64,000 nucleotides of DNA from Marispirochaeta sp. (GTDB lineage Bacteria; Spirochaetota; Spirochaetia; JC444; Marispirochaetaceae). Location of the stretch: NCBI GenBank assembly GCA_963676835.2, contig CAXXFF010000003.1:895746-959745 (forward strand), in the 5' to 3' direction. Below the pieces are notes generated by a model. That model ran no database searches, was not told the DNA's origin, and saw only the letters and a program-made list of their open reading frames with translations. Below, in pieces: positions 29,667-39,957 of the stretch (position 1 is the stretch's first letter; each line of letters starts with the position of its first letter). A program made the translations under genes and the position numbers.

Positions 29667-30895
29667 TCTTTCTGAAAGTTGCCGTTAAAAACATGCTTAT
29701 CCGCAAGAAACGCACGTTGATAATTCTTACGGCGATCGCAGTTTCTGTGGCGGTAATACTCTTTGTTCAGGGAATGGTGGAAGGAGTGCGGCAGAACTTC
29801 TTTACCAGTATGCTTAAAGAGAGCGGTCACATTCAGATACTGCCTCAAGGCACAGAAGATGCTCTTGACCCCTACGACCTCGGCCTGCTTATTGATAAGC
29901 CGGATGATCTCATGGAAAAAACAGAAAACCTTCCGGAAATCATCCGGGCGGAAAAGGTGCTGACCTTCGGCTGCATGCTCATCGCAGGCGAAAAGAATCT
30001 CACCATCAGCGGAACAGGGACAACAGCAGATACCCAGTTTTTCGCAAAGGCCCGGGAACATACCCTTCAGGGGCAGTTTCTCTCAGATGACAGCAGCGGC
30101 CAGCCGGGCATAAGCATTAGCCTGCGTATTGCAGACCTCCTTGAAGTCAAACTGGGTGACCCGGTTGTTGTATTAACCGAGGACAGTACAGGGTCTCCAT
30201 GGTATGTGGAATACACTGTAACCAGCCTGTTTGAAACAAAAAGCCGTGAGTTCGATGAGGGAACCTTCTTTATACCCCACGAAGAAGCAGAAAACCTGCT
30301 CTATGTTCCCGGACAAACAAGAGAGATCCGTCTGCTGCTCAACGATTACACACTGGCTGAGAAGGTTGTCAAAACCCTTACCGACTCCACCGCAGCTGTT
30401 TATTCCGGAACCATCGAGGTGAAAACCTGGGAACAGATCCACGGCAGCTACCTGATACTGATCGACCTGTTTGATATCTTCATAGTTTTTATGGATATCT
30501 TCACCATAATAGTTGCCGCCACGGTTATAACAAACTCAATCCTGATGAATGTATTTGAGCATACCCGGGAGTACGGGACCCTCAGGGCCATCGGCATGAA
30601 GAGGAGGCAGCTTTTCGGTCTGATCTTAACTGAAGGGTTTGTGCAGGGAAGCCTGGGGAGTATCGCCGGAATGCTTATCGGAATCCCGCTGGTGCTTTAC
30701 TTTCAGGTTAACGGCCTGGACTGGGGAGAAATAACCGAGAGTTTCGGCATGGGAGACGCCCTCTACTTTCACCTTGTACCCGCCCATGCCGCAGCGGGCG
30801 CTCTGGCGGGGGTAATTATCGCCTGTGCCGGTTCACTCTATGCAGCCATGGTAAGCACCCGTCAAACAATTATGCAATCCCTTGGGTCTCTATAG
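29663..30895 (+). CDS. ABC transporter permease (FtsX/LolC-E family)
   Basis: MacB-type topology; NSILMNVFEHTREYGTLRAIGM. Confidence 0.9.
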   Translation: MIFLKVAVKNMLIRKKRTLIILTAIAVSVAVILFVQGMVEGVRQNFFTSMLKESGHIQILPQGTEDALDPYDLGLLIDKPDDLMEKTENLPEIIRAEKVLTFGCMLIAGEKNLTISGTGTTADTQFFAKAREHTLQGQFLSDDSSGQPGISISLRIADLLEVKLGDPVVVLTEDSTGSPWYVEYTVTSLFETKSREFDEGTFFIPHEEAENLLYVPGQTREIRLLLNDYTLAEKVVKTLTDSTAAVYSGTIEVKTWEQIHGSYLILIDLFDIFIVFMDIFTIIVAATVITNSILMNVFEHTREYGTLRAIGMKRRQLFGLILTEGFVQGSLGSIAGMLIGIPLVLYFQVNGLDWGEITESFGMGDALYFHLVPAHAAAGALAGVIIACAGSLYAAMVSTRQTIMQSLGSL

Positions 30896-30998
30896 AAAGA
30901 TGAAGGGTTATGAGCAGAAGCAGCGTAAAAACTGAGAAGACAGAAGACAAAACACAGAAGAGAAAAGAGAAGAGAGAACACAGAAAAAAGGAGCTGGA

Positions 30999-32231
30999 AT
31001 GGAACTGTTAAGCCTTGCCCTGAAGAATGTTTTCCGTAACCGTCGGCGCAGCCTTCTCAATATAATAGCCCTGGCCCTGGCGACAGCCCTTATGATTCTC
31101 GGCCTGGGCTGGGTTGAGGGATACCATACCTATATCTACAAAGCCATGCAGGATTTCGAATCCGGCGACCTTCAGATGGTTCCGGAAAACTATCTGCGGG
31201 AACAACGCCGCTTCCCCCTTGATCTGGCTCTGGATGACTACAGCAGTCTTAAAGCACAGCTTAAATCCTACCCGGAAATACGGGAAGCCACGGGCCGCAT
31301 AGATTTCAGTCTGCGGCTCTCCAACCGGAAAGAGTCAGTTTGGCTTGCAGGAAGAGGTATTGATCCTGAAAGCGAGGGCAATACCACGGTTCTTTCCGGT
31401 TTTATAGATCAGGGGAACTATCTTTCCAGCAACTCCCGGGGGATTCTTTTGGGAAAAGAGCTGGCTGAAAGAATGGACGTATCTCCCGGAGATACCCTCT
31501 ATATCGTAGCCCGTGACCGCTATGGAGCAGAAAACTTTGTGGATATACGGGTTTCCGGTATTTTTCATTACGGATTTCCGCAAATAGACAAGAATGTTGT
31601 CTTTCTGGATCTCGAAAGCGCCATGGAACTCCTTGATATGGATAACCGGGTAAGCCGCATTGTAATGCGCCTTTCTCCGGGAGTATCCATCAACCGGGGA
31701 GTGGACATTCTCAATGGCAGAGATCTTCCCGGAGAGATTTACGGATGGAAAACCTTTGCCCAGGCGACGGTTTCCGCAGTAGAAGCAGACTCCGGATCCT
31801 TCTATATGATACTGACCATTCTCTATATTCTTATTGTTCTGGGAATACTCAACAGCATGTCCATGAGCGTCCATGAACGCACCAGAGAAATAGGAACCCT
31901 GCGGGCAATAGGTATGAAGAGAGGCTATCTGACCTCCATGCTGCTGGCAGAAAGCGCATGGCTGGCTCTTATTGCCGCTGCCTTTGCATTGATTCTGTCC
32001 ATTCCCATGATCTGGTACCTTGGAACTGTGGGTCTGGATATATCGAGTCAGATGCCGGAGGAAATTCCCGTACCCTTCGGAGAGATGTTCTACGCCGATT
32101 TCAAGCTGCATCACTTTCTTGTCACCATGGCTGTTACCAGCCTGGCGGCTTTTGCCGGAACACTTCGCCCGGCATTTAAAGCTGCAAAGCTGACCGTTGC
32201 GGATTCAATGAGAGGCGGCGGTCTGGGATAG
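30999..32231 (+). CDS. ABC transporter permease (FtsX/LolC-E family)
   Basis: LKNVFRNRRRS; NSMSMSVHERTREIGTLRAIGM. Confidence 0.9.
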   Translation: MELLSLALKNVFRNRRRSLLNIIALALATALMILGLGWVEGYHTYIYKAMQDFESGDLQMVPENYLREQRRFPLDLALDDYSSLKAQLKSYPEIREATGRIDFSLRLSNRKESVWLAGRGIDPESEGNTTVLSGFIDQGNYLSSNSRGILLGKELAERMDVSPGDTLYIVARDRYGAENFVDIRVSGIFHYGFPQIDKNVVFLDLESAMELLDMDNRVSRIVMRLSPGVSINRGVDILNGRDLPGEIYGWKTFAQATVSAVEADSGSFYMILTILYILIVLGILNSMSMSVHERTREIGTLRAIGMKRGYLTSMLLAESAWLALIAAAFALILSIPMIWYLGTVGLDISSQMPEEIPVPFGEMFYADFKLHHFLVTMAVTSLAAFAGTLRPAFKAAKLTVADSMRGGGLG

Positions 32232-32245
32232 CCGCAAGGGCACCT

Positions 32246-33118
32246 CTAAAGAACTTCTTCAAGGGACGGAAACGCTTCCCGGCCGCCGTGTCTGGTCACG
32301 GAAATTCCGGCAGTTTTGGCAGCAAAATCAACAATGCCCTGGAGCGGCCAGCCCTGAATCAACCCATACACGAAAGCACCGTGAAAAATATCTCCCGCAG
32401 CGGTGCTGTCCACAGCCTTTACCGGATAGGCAGCATACTGGCCCCGCTCCCCTCCCCGGGCCCAGACACCGCCCTTGTCGCCAAGGGTTATAACGGTACA
32501 GCGCCGATTATGCCGGTTCAGCACTTCCAGTGCCTTCTCAGCCTCTTCCCTTCCGGAGATACCTGTGCCAAGAACTGATGAAGCGAAGGCTGCGGAAGCC
32601 ACCAGGTAATCAACTTTCTCCGCCAGATGCCAGGTTGCATCCCGCATTGAGCCCGCATCCAGAATCGAGGGAACGCCCGGAAAACGGTCCAGTGCCTCCA
32701 GTGATGCATTCAGCGCATGACCGTCAAAGAGCAGGCAGGCGGGCTCATCATCGATCTGAGGAAGGGAATAAATATCCTCTGCGGAACGGTGATTAACGAT
32801 GGTTCTGCTCCCGCTGTCCCTGGCGGCAATTATGGTGGAAACCGGAGTCGGGTATCCGTCATAGCGGCGAACAAGTGCGGTATCCACGCCAAAGCGCTTA
32901 AAATCTTCCAGTACCAGATCCCCGCTTTCATCCTTTCCGATGGGTCCTGCCCAGGCGGCGTCAAGGCCCCAGCTGCCCAGTAGAGCCGCCGCATTGGCAG
33001 TCGGCCCACCGCCCGAAAATGACCGGGATGAAGCGATTGTCTTGCTGTCCTCTACGGGGAAACTTTCCACGGAGAAAATAAAATCCAGGCAGGCATGCCC
33101 TATGGTAAGTATTTCCAC
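32246..33118 (-). CDS. PfkB family carbohydrate kinase
   Basis: GGGPTANAA and VDSTAAGDIFHGAF; likely GTG start at 33118. Confidence 0.9.
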   Translation of the reverse strand: MEILTIGHACLDFIFSVESFPVEDSKTIASSRSFSGGGPTANAAALLGSWGLDAAWAGPIGKDESGDLVLEDFKRFGVDTALVRRYDGYPTPVSTIIAARDSGSRTIVNHRSAEDIYSLPQIDDEPACLLFDGHALNASLEALDRFPGVPSILDAGSMRDATWHLAEKVDYLVASAAFASSVLGTGISGREEAEKALEVLNRHNRRCTVITLGDKGGVWARGGERGQYAAYPVKAVDSTAAGDIFHGAFVYGLIQGWPLQGIVDFAAKTAGISVTRHGGREAFPSLEEVL

Positions 33119-33258
33119 AAAAAACCCCTGACCATTATACCATATAGCAGAAAGGAGCACCCCTTCTTACTGATTCTGTAATAATTATCTTGATTATTTA
33201 TCAATTTAAAACCATTATATAGGCATATTCTTTTTTTAAACAATGCAAGGAGAAGGTC

Positions 33259-34383
33259 ATGAAAAAACGCTTTCTAATGTTGGCAGCACTCGTTCTACTG
33301 GTGCTCATTGCCCTGACGGGTTGTTCCGACAAGGGTGGAAAAACAATTAAAATAGGAGTTGCCGGTGCCCATTCAGGAGACCTGGCATCATATGGTCTGC
33401 CTTCAGTAAAGGCAGCGGAACTTGTAGTTGAAGAGTGGAACGCCAAGGGCGGAGTTCTCGGAAAACAGATCGAACTGGTAGTTGAAGACGACCAGTGTAA
33501 ACCCGAAGTTGCCACTAACACTGCCTCAAAACTGGTAAGTGAAGGTGTTGTTGCAGTAATCGGACACATCTGTTCCGGTGCTACAAAATCAGCTCTCGGT
33601 ATCTACAAAGACTCAAACATCCCTGTAATTTCTCCCTCCGCAACCAACCCTCCCCTCACCCAGAGCGGCGACTACCCCAACTTCTTCCGCACAATTGCAC
33701 CGGATGATGCCCAGGCACTTCTGGATGTAGAGTTTGCAGCAGATGTTCTTGGACTTACCAAGGTTGCAGTACTCCACGACAAGGGAGACTACGGTAAGGG
33801 ATTTGCGGAATTTGCCAAGGGCTTCATTGATGCCCGCTCCGACATCGAAGTTGTTATCTTTGAGGGTATTCAGGTTGGTGCGGTAGACTACTCTGCCATT
33901 ATCAACAAGGTAGACGCTTCCGGTGCAGAAGCCATCATCTACGGCGGTTACCACCCCGAAGCTTCCAAACTGGTAAGCCAGATGAAATCCAAAGGAATGG
34001 ACATTGCCTTTATTTCCGATGACGGTGTAAAAGATGACACCTTTATCAAGGTTGCCAAAGAAGCGGCAGAAGACGTTTATGCTTCCGGTCCTGTTGATAC
34101 CACCAGCAACCCCCTGGCTGTTAAGGCAACCAAGGCACACCAGGAAAAATACGGTGAAGATCCCGGCGCATTCTTCCTGAATGCATACGCAGGTACCATT
34201 GCTGTTCTGAATGCAATCGAAAAAGCCGGAACCACTGATTACGATGCGGTAGTTAAGGCTCTCCGCTCCGAGTACGTGGACACCCCCCTTGGAAGCATCA
34301 GCTTCGACGACAAGGGCGACGCAATCGGTGTAGGATTCTCCGTTTACCAGGTTCAGAACGGTTCTTACGTAGAGCTCAAATAA
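33259..34383 (+). CDS. livK: Branched-chain amino acid ABC transporter substrate-binding lipoprotein
   Basis: Lipobox LTGC; EDDQCKPEVA, VIGHICSGAT, SPSATNP. Confidence 0.92.
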   Translation: MKKRFLMLAALVLLVLIALTGCSDKGGKTIKIGVAGAHSGDLASYGLPSVKAAELVVEEWNAKGGVLGKQIELVVEDDQCKPEVATNTASKLVSEGVVAVIGHICSGATKSALGIYKDSNIPVISPSATNPPLTQSGDYPNFFRTIAPDDAQALLDVEFAADVLGLTKVAVLHDKGDYGKGFAEFAKGFIDARSDIEVVIFEGIQVGAVDYSAIINKVDASGAEAIIYGGYHPEASKLVSQMKSKGMDIAFISDDGVKDDTFIKVAKEAAEDVYASGPVDTTSNPLAVKATKAHQEKYGEDPGAFFLNAYAGTIAVLNAIEKAGTTDYDAVVKALRSEYVDTPLGSISFDDKGDAIGVGFSVYQVQNGSYVELK

Positions 34384-34441
34384 CTTGCTGATATTGCCAT
34401 AATCATTTATTATGACAATATCACTAATCATCGCATAACAA

Positions 34442-34468
34442 GAACAGGCCCGGACAACGGGCCTGTTC
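34442..34468 (+). terminator. Intra-operon hairpin after livK
   Basis: Perfect 11-bp inverted repeat GAACAGGCCCG/CGGGCCTGTTC. Confidence 0.55.
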
Positions 34469-34486
34469 CGCGTTTAGGAAACAGCA

Positions 34487-35395
34487 ATGAACCTTGACTA
34501 TTTTATTCAGCTGGCCCTTTCCGGGATGACCAGAGGGAGTATTTACGCCCTCATAGCCCTGGGCTATACCATGGTGTACGGAATTATCCAGCTGATCAAC
34601 TTCGCTCACGGTGAGATCTACATGATCGGGGCCTTTACCGCCCTTATAGTAGCCACCGTTCTTAACATGACAGGCATGCCGGGTATTGCGGTATTCATCA
34701 TCGCCATGATTATCGCCATTATCTACTCAGCTTCCTACGGCGTTACCATGGAAGCACTGGCCTACAAGCCGGTACGGAAAGCCCAGCGGCTTTCTGCTCT
34801 TATCAGTGCCATCGGAATGTCGTTCTTCCTGCAGAATTATGTTCTCCTGGCCCAGACATCAGACTTTGTATCCTTTCCCAAGCTTATTCCCCAGTTCAGG
34901 TTTCTTGAAGGAATAAGTAATGTGGTTAGCGCCACCCAGATTCTGATCTTCAGCGTAACCGCCGTGGTTATGATTGCACTGACAATCCTCATCAAGTTTA
35001 CCAAGACCGGAAAAGCCATGCGGGCTACCGCTCAGGACAAAACAATGGCACTGCTGGTTGGTATAAACATTAATCAGGTAATCGCAGTCACCTTCCTTAT
35101 AGGTTCCGCCATGGCGGCTGTTGGAGGCGTACTCATAAGCTCCCATGTAGGACAGATAAACTTCTACATCGGCTTTCTTGCGGGTATAAAAGCCTTTGTT
35201 GCAGCGGTACTGGGAGGTATCGGGTCTATCCCCGGGGCGGTACTGGGAAGCTTTGTCCTTGGACTTACCGAAAGCTTCGGTGCAGGATATATCTCTTCAG
35301 ACTACGAAGATGTATTCGCCTTTATTATTCTCGTTCTGATCCTGATCTTCAGACCTGCCGGTCTGCTCGGCCGGGCGCAGAAAGAAAAGATATAG
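34487..35395 (+). CDS. livH: Branched-chain amino acid ABC permease
   Basis: GSIYALIALGYTMVYGIIQLINFAHGEIYMIG. Confidence 0.94.
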   Translation: MNLDYFIQLALSGMTRGSIYALIALGYTMVYGIIQLINFAHGEIYMIGAFTALIVATVLNMTGMPGIAVFIIAMIIAIIYSASYGVTMEALAYKPVRKAQRLSALISAIGMSFFLQNYVLLAQTSDFVSFPKLIPQFRFLEGISNVVSATQILIFSVTAVVMIALTILIKFTKTGKAMRATAQDKTMALLVGININQVIAVTFLIGSAMAAVGGVLISSHVGQINFYIGFLAGIKAFVAAVLGGIGSIPGAVLGSFVLGLTESFGAGYISSDYEDVFAFIILVLILIFRPAGLLGRAQKEKI

Positions 35396-35404
35396 GGGCG
35401 CTTT

Positions 35405-36697
35405 ATGAAGAATACACAGCAGATTCTTACAGAAATGAAGAAATCCCTGATAACTTCAATCTGGTTTGTCTTTCTGACGTTCCCCATTATGGTTATCAAG
35501 GTTAACACCGTTGAAAATATTATCATCTGGCGTTGGCACAATCTGGGAATCATTGCAGGTTTAAGCTTTATCTTTTCGTGGGTATGGCGGATTATGCTGG
35601 AACGCAAAGAACGGGGAGAAAAGGTCTTCAGCTTTCTCTGGTTTATTCCCCGGCGTATCCGTAACCTCAGCAGGCTTCTGCCCGCTCAGATACGTACTCC
35701 GGAAGCATTTAAGGCATCTTTAAACAACAGGAAAGTTTCCCTGTCCCTGCTGGGACTGCTTGGCGCAGTGTCCATCGCCTTCCCCTTTATCTCAGGCTTC
35801 TATCAGACCAGCATAATGACCACAGCCCTGATGTACGTTATTCTCGGCCTTGGCCTCAATATTGTAATCGGCCTCGGTGGAATGCTCCATCTGGGATATG
35901 CCGCCTTCTACGCCGTAGGAGCATACACCTACGCCATACTCCATCAGCACTTTGGCATCAGCTTCTGGCTGGCACTGCCCCTGGGTGCAGTCATTGCAAT
36001 GCTCTTCGGGGTGCTTCTGGGATTTCCGGTATTACGATTAAAAGGTGACTACCTGGCAATTGTAACCCTGGGTTTTGCTGAAATTACCCGAATAGTTCTG
36101 GAAAACTGGAATGATTTCTCATCCGGCCCCTCTGGTATTGCGAACATTGCCAGACCGGACCTTTTCGGCATAAAGCTCTCGGTACCCCATGCCACGATTT
36201 TCACCTACTTTATAACCCTGGGACTGGTGGTCTTCACCATCTTTGTGGTGAGACGACTGGAAAACAGCCGCCTTGGCCGGGCCTGGGAAGCCATGAGGGA
36301 AGATGCCATAGCATCAGAATCTATGGGAGTGAATATAACCACCACAAAACTTACCGCCTTCGCCCTGGGGGCATTCTGGGCCGGTCTTGTGGGTGTTATC
36401 TTTGCGGCGAAAACAACCTTCGTAAACCCCGCAAGCTTTACCCTGCTTGAGTCGGTGCTCATCCTTTGTATTATTGTACTGGGAGGTATGGGTTCAACCG
36501 CGGGAGTAATTGTGGGAGCGCTGATTATTTCTCTGCTTCCGGAATACCTCAGGGTTTTTTCCGAATACCGCATGCTTATCTACGGAGCAATCCTTATTCT
36601 GATGATGGTGTTCAGACCCAACGGTATTATTCAGAAGGTGCGGAAAAACTACACCTTCAAGGCAGCGGAAGACAGCGCGGGAGGGTCACATGAGTAA
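35405..36697 (+). CDS. livM: Branched-chain amino acid ABC permease
   Basis: GLNIVIG..G.LHLGYAAFYAVGAY; LRLKGDYLAIVTLGF. Confidence 0.94.
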   Translation: MKNTQQILTEMKKSLITSIWFVFLTFPIMVIKVNTVENIIIWRWHNLGIIAGLSFIFSWVWRIMLERKERGEKVFSFLWFIPRRIRNLSRLLPAQIRTPEAFKASLNNRKVSLSLLGLLGAVSIAFPFISGFYQTSIMTTALMYVILGLGLNIVIGLGGMLHLGYAAFYAVGAYTYAILHQHFGISFWLALPLGAVIAMLFGVLLGFPVLRLKGDYLAIVTLGFAEITRIVLENWNDFSSGPSGIANIARPDLFGIKLSVPHATIFTYFITLGLVVFTIFVVRRLENSRLGRAWEAMREDAIASESMGVNITTTKLTAFALGAFWAGLVGVIFAAKTTFVNPASFTLLESVLILCIIVLGGMGSTAGVIVGALIISLLPEYLRVFSEYRMLIYGAILILMMVFRPNGIIQKVRKNYTFKAAEDSAGGSHE

Positions 36698-37481
36698 TCC
36701 CGTTCTTAACGTTAAAAATCTTACCATGAACTTCGGCGGACTACGCGCCGTGGACGATGTGTCTCTACGGATAGACCAGAATGAGATTGTAGCCCTTATC
36801 GGCCCCAACGGTGCCGGAAAGACAACCTTCTTCAACTGTGTTACCGGCGTTTACAACCCCACCGACGGCCAGATAGAAATTACCCCTCCGGGAAAAGCAT
36901 CGGAGATCATCAACGGCATGAAGCCCAATAAGATCACCGAGAAAGGCCTTGCCAGAACCTTCCAGAATATCCGTTTGTTTCAGAACATGACGGTTCTGGA
37001 GAATATTATGATCGGCCGTCACTGCCGACTTAATGCAGGTATTTTAGGTGCAATCTTCAGAGACAAGGCAACCAGGGAAGAAGAGGAGAAGCTGGTACAC
37101 GACAGCTATGAAATTCTCAAAAAAATCGGCATTGAACGCTACGTAAACGAACTCGCCAAAAACCTCCCCTACGGAGCCCAGCGGCTGCTGGAAATTGCCC
37201 GGGGACTGGCAACCGAGCCGTTCCTTCTGCTTCTCGATGAACCTGCTGCGGGGATGAATCCCCAGGAAACAAAAAGCCTGGTGGACCTGATTCTCAAGCT
37301 GCGGGAGACCGAAGATGCAACAATCTTTCTGATTGAGCACGATATGAGCCTGGTTATGACCCTCTCCGAGCGGATCTATGTTGTTGACTACGGCCAGCTG
37401 ATCGCCACCGGAAACCCGGATGAGATCAAGAACAACGACAAGGTTATCAAGGCCTACCTGGGAGAAGATGTACATGCTTAG
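36690..37481 (+). CDS. livG: Branched-chain amino acid ABC ATP-binding protein
   Basis: GPNGAGKTT, ARTFQNIRLF, LLDEPAAG. Confidence 0.94.
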   Translation: MSNPVLNVKNLTMNFGGLRAVDDVSLRIDQNEIVALIGPNGAGKTTFFNCVTGVYNPTDGQIEITPPGKASEIINGMKPNKITEKGLARTFQNIRLFQNMTVLENIMIGRHCRLNAGILGAIFRDKATREEEEKLVHDSYEILKKIGIERYVNELAKNLPYGAQRLLEIARGLATEPFLLLLDEPAAGMNPQETKSLVDLILKLRETEDATIFLIEHDMSLVMTLSERIYVVDYGQLIATGNPDEIKNNDKVIKAYLGEDVHA

Positions 37482-38184
37482 ACTTGAATCAATCTCAACC
37501 TACTACGGCAATATACAGGCCCTCAAAGAGGTAAGCCTTACCATTAATGAAGGGGAAATAGTCACCCTTATCGGTGCCAATGGTGCCGGTAAATCAACTA
37601 CCCTCATGTCGATCTGCGGCGTAACGCCCCCGCGGGAGGGAAAGATATTCTTCGAAGACGAGGATATAACCCGTCTTTCCAGTGAAAAAATCGTAACCCG
37701 CGGAATCAGTCAGGTCCCCGAAGGACGAAGGATCTTCCCCTTTCTGACAGTACAGGAAAACCTGGATCTTGGTGCTTTCTTAAGAAAAGACAGGGCAGGA
37801 ATTGCCCAGGATCTGGAGTATGTTTTCGAACTTTTTCCCCGTCTTAAAGAACGGCGTCACCAGCAGGGAGGAACCTTAAGCGGTGGAGAGCAGCAGATGC
37901 TTGCCATCTCCCGGGCCCTTATGGGCCGCCCCAAGGTACTTCTCCTTGATGAGCCCAGTCTCGGTCTTGCACCGATTCTGGTACAGCAGATCTTCAAGAT
38001 TATCCGGCAGATCAACAAGGATAGCAATACAACTATCTTTCTGGTGGAACAGAATGCCAACCTGGCACTTAAAACCGCCCATAAAGGCTACGTTATGGAA
38101 ACCGGAAGAGTTACCATGTCCGATTCAGCTGAGAATCTGCTCTCCAACGAAGAGGTTAAAAAGGCCTATCTCGGCGGAGCGTAA
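37474..38184 (+). CDS. livF: Branched-chain amino acid ABC ATP-binding protein
   Basis: GANGAGKST, VPEGRRIF, LSGGEQQMLA; start ATG 37474. Confidence 0.94.
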   Translation: MLRLESISTYYGNIQALKEVSLTINEGEIVTLIGANGAGKSTTLMSICGVTPPREGKIFFEDEDITRLSSEKIVTRGISQVPEGRRIFPFLTVQENLDLGAFLRKDRAGIAQDLEYVFELFPRLKERRHQQGGTLSGGEQQMLAISRALMGRPKVLLLDEPSLGLAPILVQQIFKIIRQINKDSNTTIFLVEQNANLALKTAHKGYVMETGRVTMSDSAENLLSNEEVKKAYLGGA

Positions 38185-38211
38185 CAGCTCAGCTGCTTAA
38201 CATTTCAAAAC

Positions 38212-38251
38212 AAAAGGGCTGTCCGGGTTTATCCCGGGCAGCCCTCTTTTT
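38212..38251. terminator. Bidirectional Rho-independent terminator
   Basis: AGGGCTGTCCGGG/CCCGGGCAGCCCT stem between convergent genes, with A and T tails. Confidence 0.75.
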
Positions 38252-38276
38252 ATGGTACTTATCTACAATTAGATAG

Positions 38277-39116
38277 TCAGTTACTGTCCATCAGTTCGCT
38301 TAAGCCTGTATAGGCGGAGGCCAGGGTATGCACAATAACCTGGGACTCTTTCAGGGAATCAAAGGTATTTTCCAGAGTTTTTGTACCGTCCTGGAGGGCG
38401 GAACTTTCCTGTACCAGGGCTGCGGATATTTCAGAAATAGCCTCGGCCAGCTTACTCTCCTCTGTCTGTGCATCATTGAAACTCTGCCGAACCTCGGCAA
38501 TATCGGTGCTGAAATCATTGATGACCTTGGTAAACTGATTTACATAATCATTCATTTTGCCCATGAAGCTGGTAAAATCATTAAGAGAATCGGTAATTTC
38601 CTTGGTAAACTTGGCAGTCTGACCTGCAAGGTTTCTTACCTCACCGGCAATAACCCGAAATCCCTTGCCGAACTCACCTGCCCTGGCAGCCTCGATGGAG
38701 GCATTAATGGCCAGTACGTTGGTCTTTTCAGATACATCGGCGATGGAACCGGTTACCTTTTTAATGGCGTCCGTACGTTTCCTCACATTAAGAAACAGCT
38801 CCTCCATCTCAGTGGAGATACTCTTTACGTTGCCGATTTCTTCAACTCTGCTTTCAAGCTCATTATCCAGCCTGCGGGTTTCTTCAATAATCTCACCCAT
38901 CTTCTGGTCGATCCGGCGGGTGTTATCAGAAACATGGCTGCTGGTAGACCGGAACTCTTCAAAGGTGGTTACAATACTTTCCAGCGAATCCTTGGCCCGG
39001 TCAATATTATCGGTAATGATATTCATGGAACGCTCGGTTATCTCCCCGAGCATCACCGACTTGTTATATCCCAGAACAATCCTTCGCTGTGCTCTGGAGT
39101 TCAGATTATCTTCCAC
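38277..39116 (-). CDS. Soluble (cytoplasmic) methyl-accepting chemotaxis protein
   Basis: [34 protein letters not shown]; no TM segment. Confidence 0.9.
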   Translation of the reverse strand: MEDNLNSRAQRRIVLGYNKSVMLGEITERSMNIITDNIDRAKDSLESIVTTFEEFRSTSSHVSDNTRRIDQKMGEIIEETRRLDNELESRVEEIGNVKSISTEMEELFLNVRKRTDAIKKVTGSIADVSEKTNVLAINASIEAARAGEFGKGFRVIAGEVRNLAGQTAKFTKEITDSLNDFTSFMGKMNDYVNQFTKVINDFSTDIAEVRQSFNDAQTEESKLAEAISEISAALVQESSALQDGTKTLENTFDSLKESQVIVHTLASAYTGLSELMDSN

Positions 39117-39119
39117 AGA

Positions 39120-39887
39120 CTACCCCCTGACACCTGCTGAACCAAGGTAGTCGATACCGCAGTCTATACTCCCGAACCAGGTAAAGAAGCGCTGCACTAA
39201 ATCATTCTTCATCATGGCTCCATGCTGGGGAGCCATAATGGCTATGTCATATTTGCGGCACAGGTCGATCCAGGTGCTTACCGCCCGATTGCTGGTCATG
39301 GCACGCTGGTGAAAGCCCTGCATAAGGGGTATGTGAGAATCAAAATCTTCAACAAGTGGATACTCTTTGCCCGGAGGGAAAATCGCCGCCCCTATGTCTC
39401 CGCTGAAAAGAATCTTTGAGCGGGAATCATAGACACTGAAATTGCCGGGGGAATGGAGAAAATGGGCTGGAATAATATCAAGGTTGGCAGATCCACAGTT
39501 AATTGAACCGCCGTGGTCGTCCAAACTTATGATCCGCTTTGTGTCCACCAGGCCAAAATGAGGTACAAAACGTTCCCACAGCGAGTGAATATATACAGTT
39601 GCCCGGGTTACCCCCAGCCAGAGGGCAATACCTGAAGAAACATCCGGGTCCTGATGTGAGAAAAAGATCGACTCAACATCATCCAGATTGATGTACCTGC
39701 TTACCACGGATACTACCCGGGAGAACAGATGCACACCGCCGGGATCAAGAAGGATTCCCTTGCCTGAGTTCATTATCAGATACTGATTTGTCTGTACCGC
39801 ACCGGAAGAGACATCATTGTCCCATCCAAGCCAGATTACTTTATGATCGCCTTCTTCAAATAAAACTTCACCGCGGTTGATATTCAT
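39120..39887 (-). CDS. Oxygen-binding di-iron protein (ODP, metallo-beta-lactamase fold)
   Basis: SHQDPDV, AHFLHSPGN, FSGDIG, APQHG; directly upstream of a soluble MCP. Confidence 0.85.
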   Translation of the reverse strand: MNINRGEVLFEEGDHKVIWLGWDNDVSSGAVQTNQYLIMNSGKGILLDPGGVHLFSRVVSVVSRYINLDDVESIFFSHQDPDVSSGIALWLGVTRATVYIHSLWERFVPHFGLVDTKRIISLDDHGGSINCGSANLDIIPAHFLHSPGNFSVYDSRSKILFSGDIGAAIFPPGKEYPLVEDFDSHIPLMQGFHQRAMTSNRAVSTWIDLCRKYDIAIMAPQHGAMMKNDLVQRFFTWFGSIDCGIDYLGSAGVRG

Positions 39888-39957
39888 GGCAAGTCCTCCA
39901 GGTAAATACTGAGACCGGTTATCATTACTTGATCTCTCATATATTGTAGCAGAAAAC

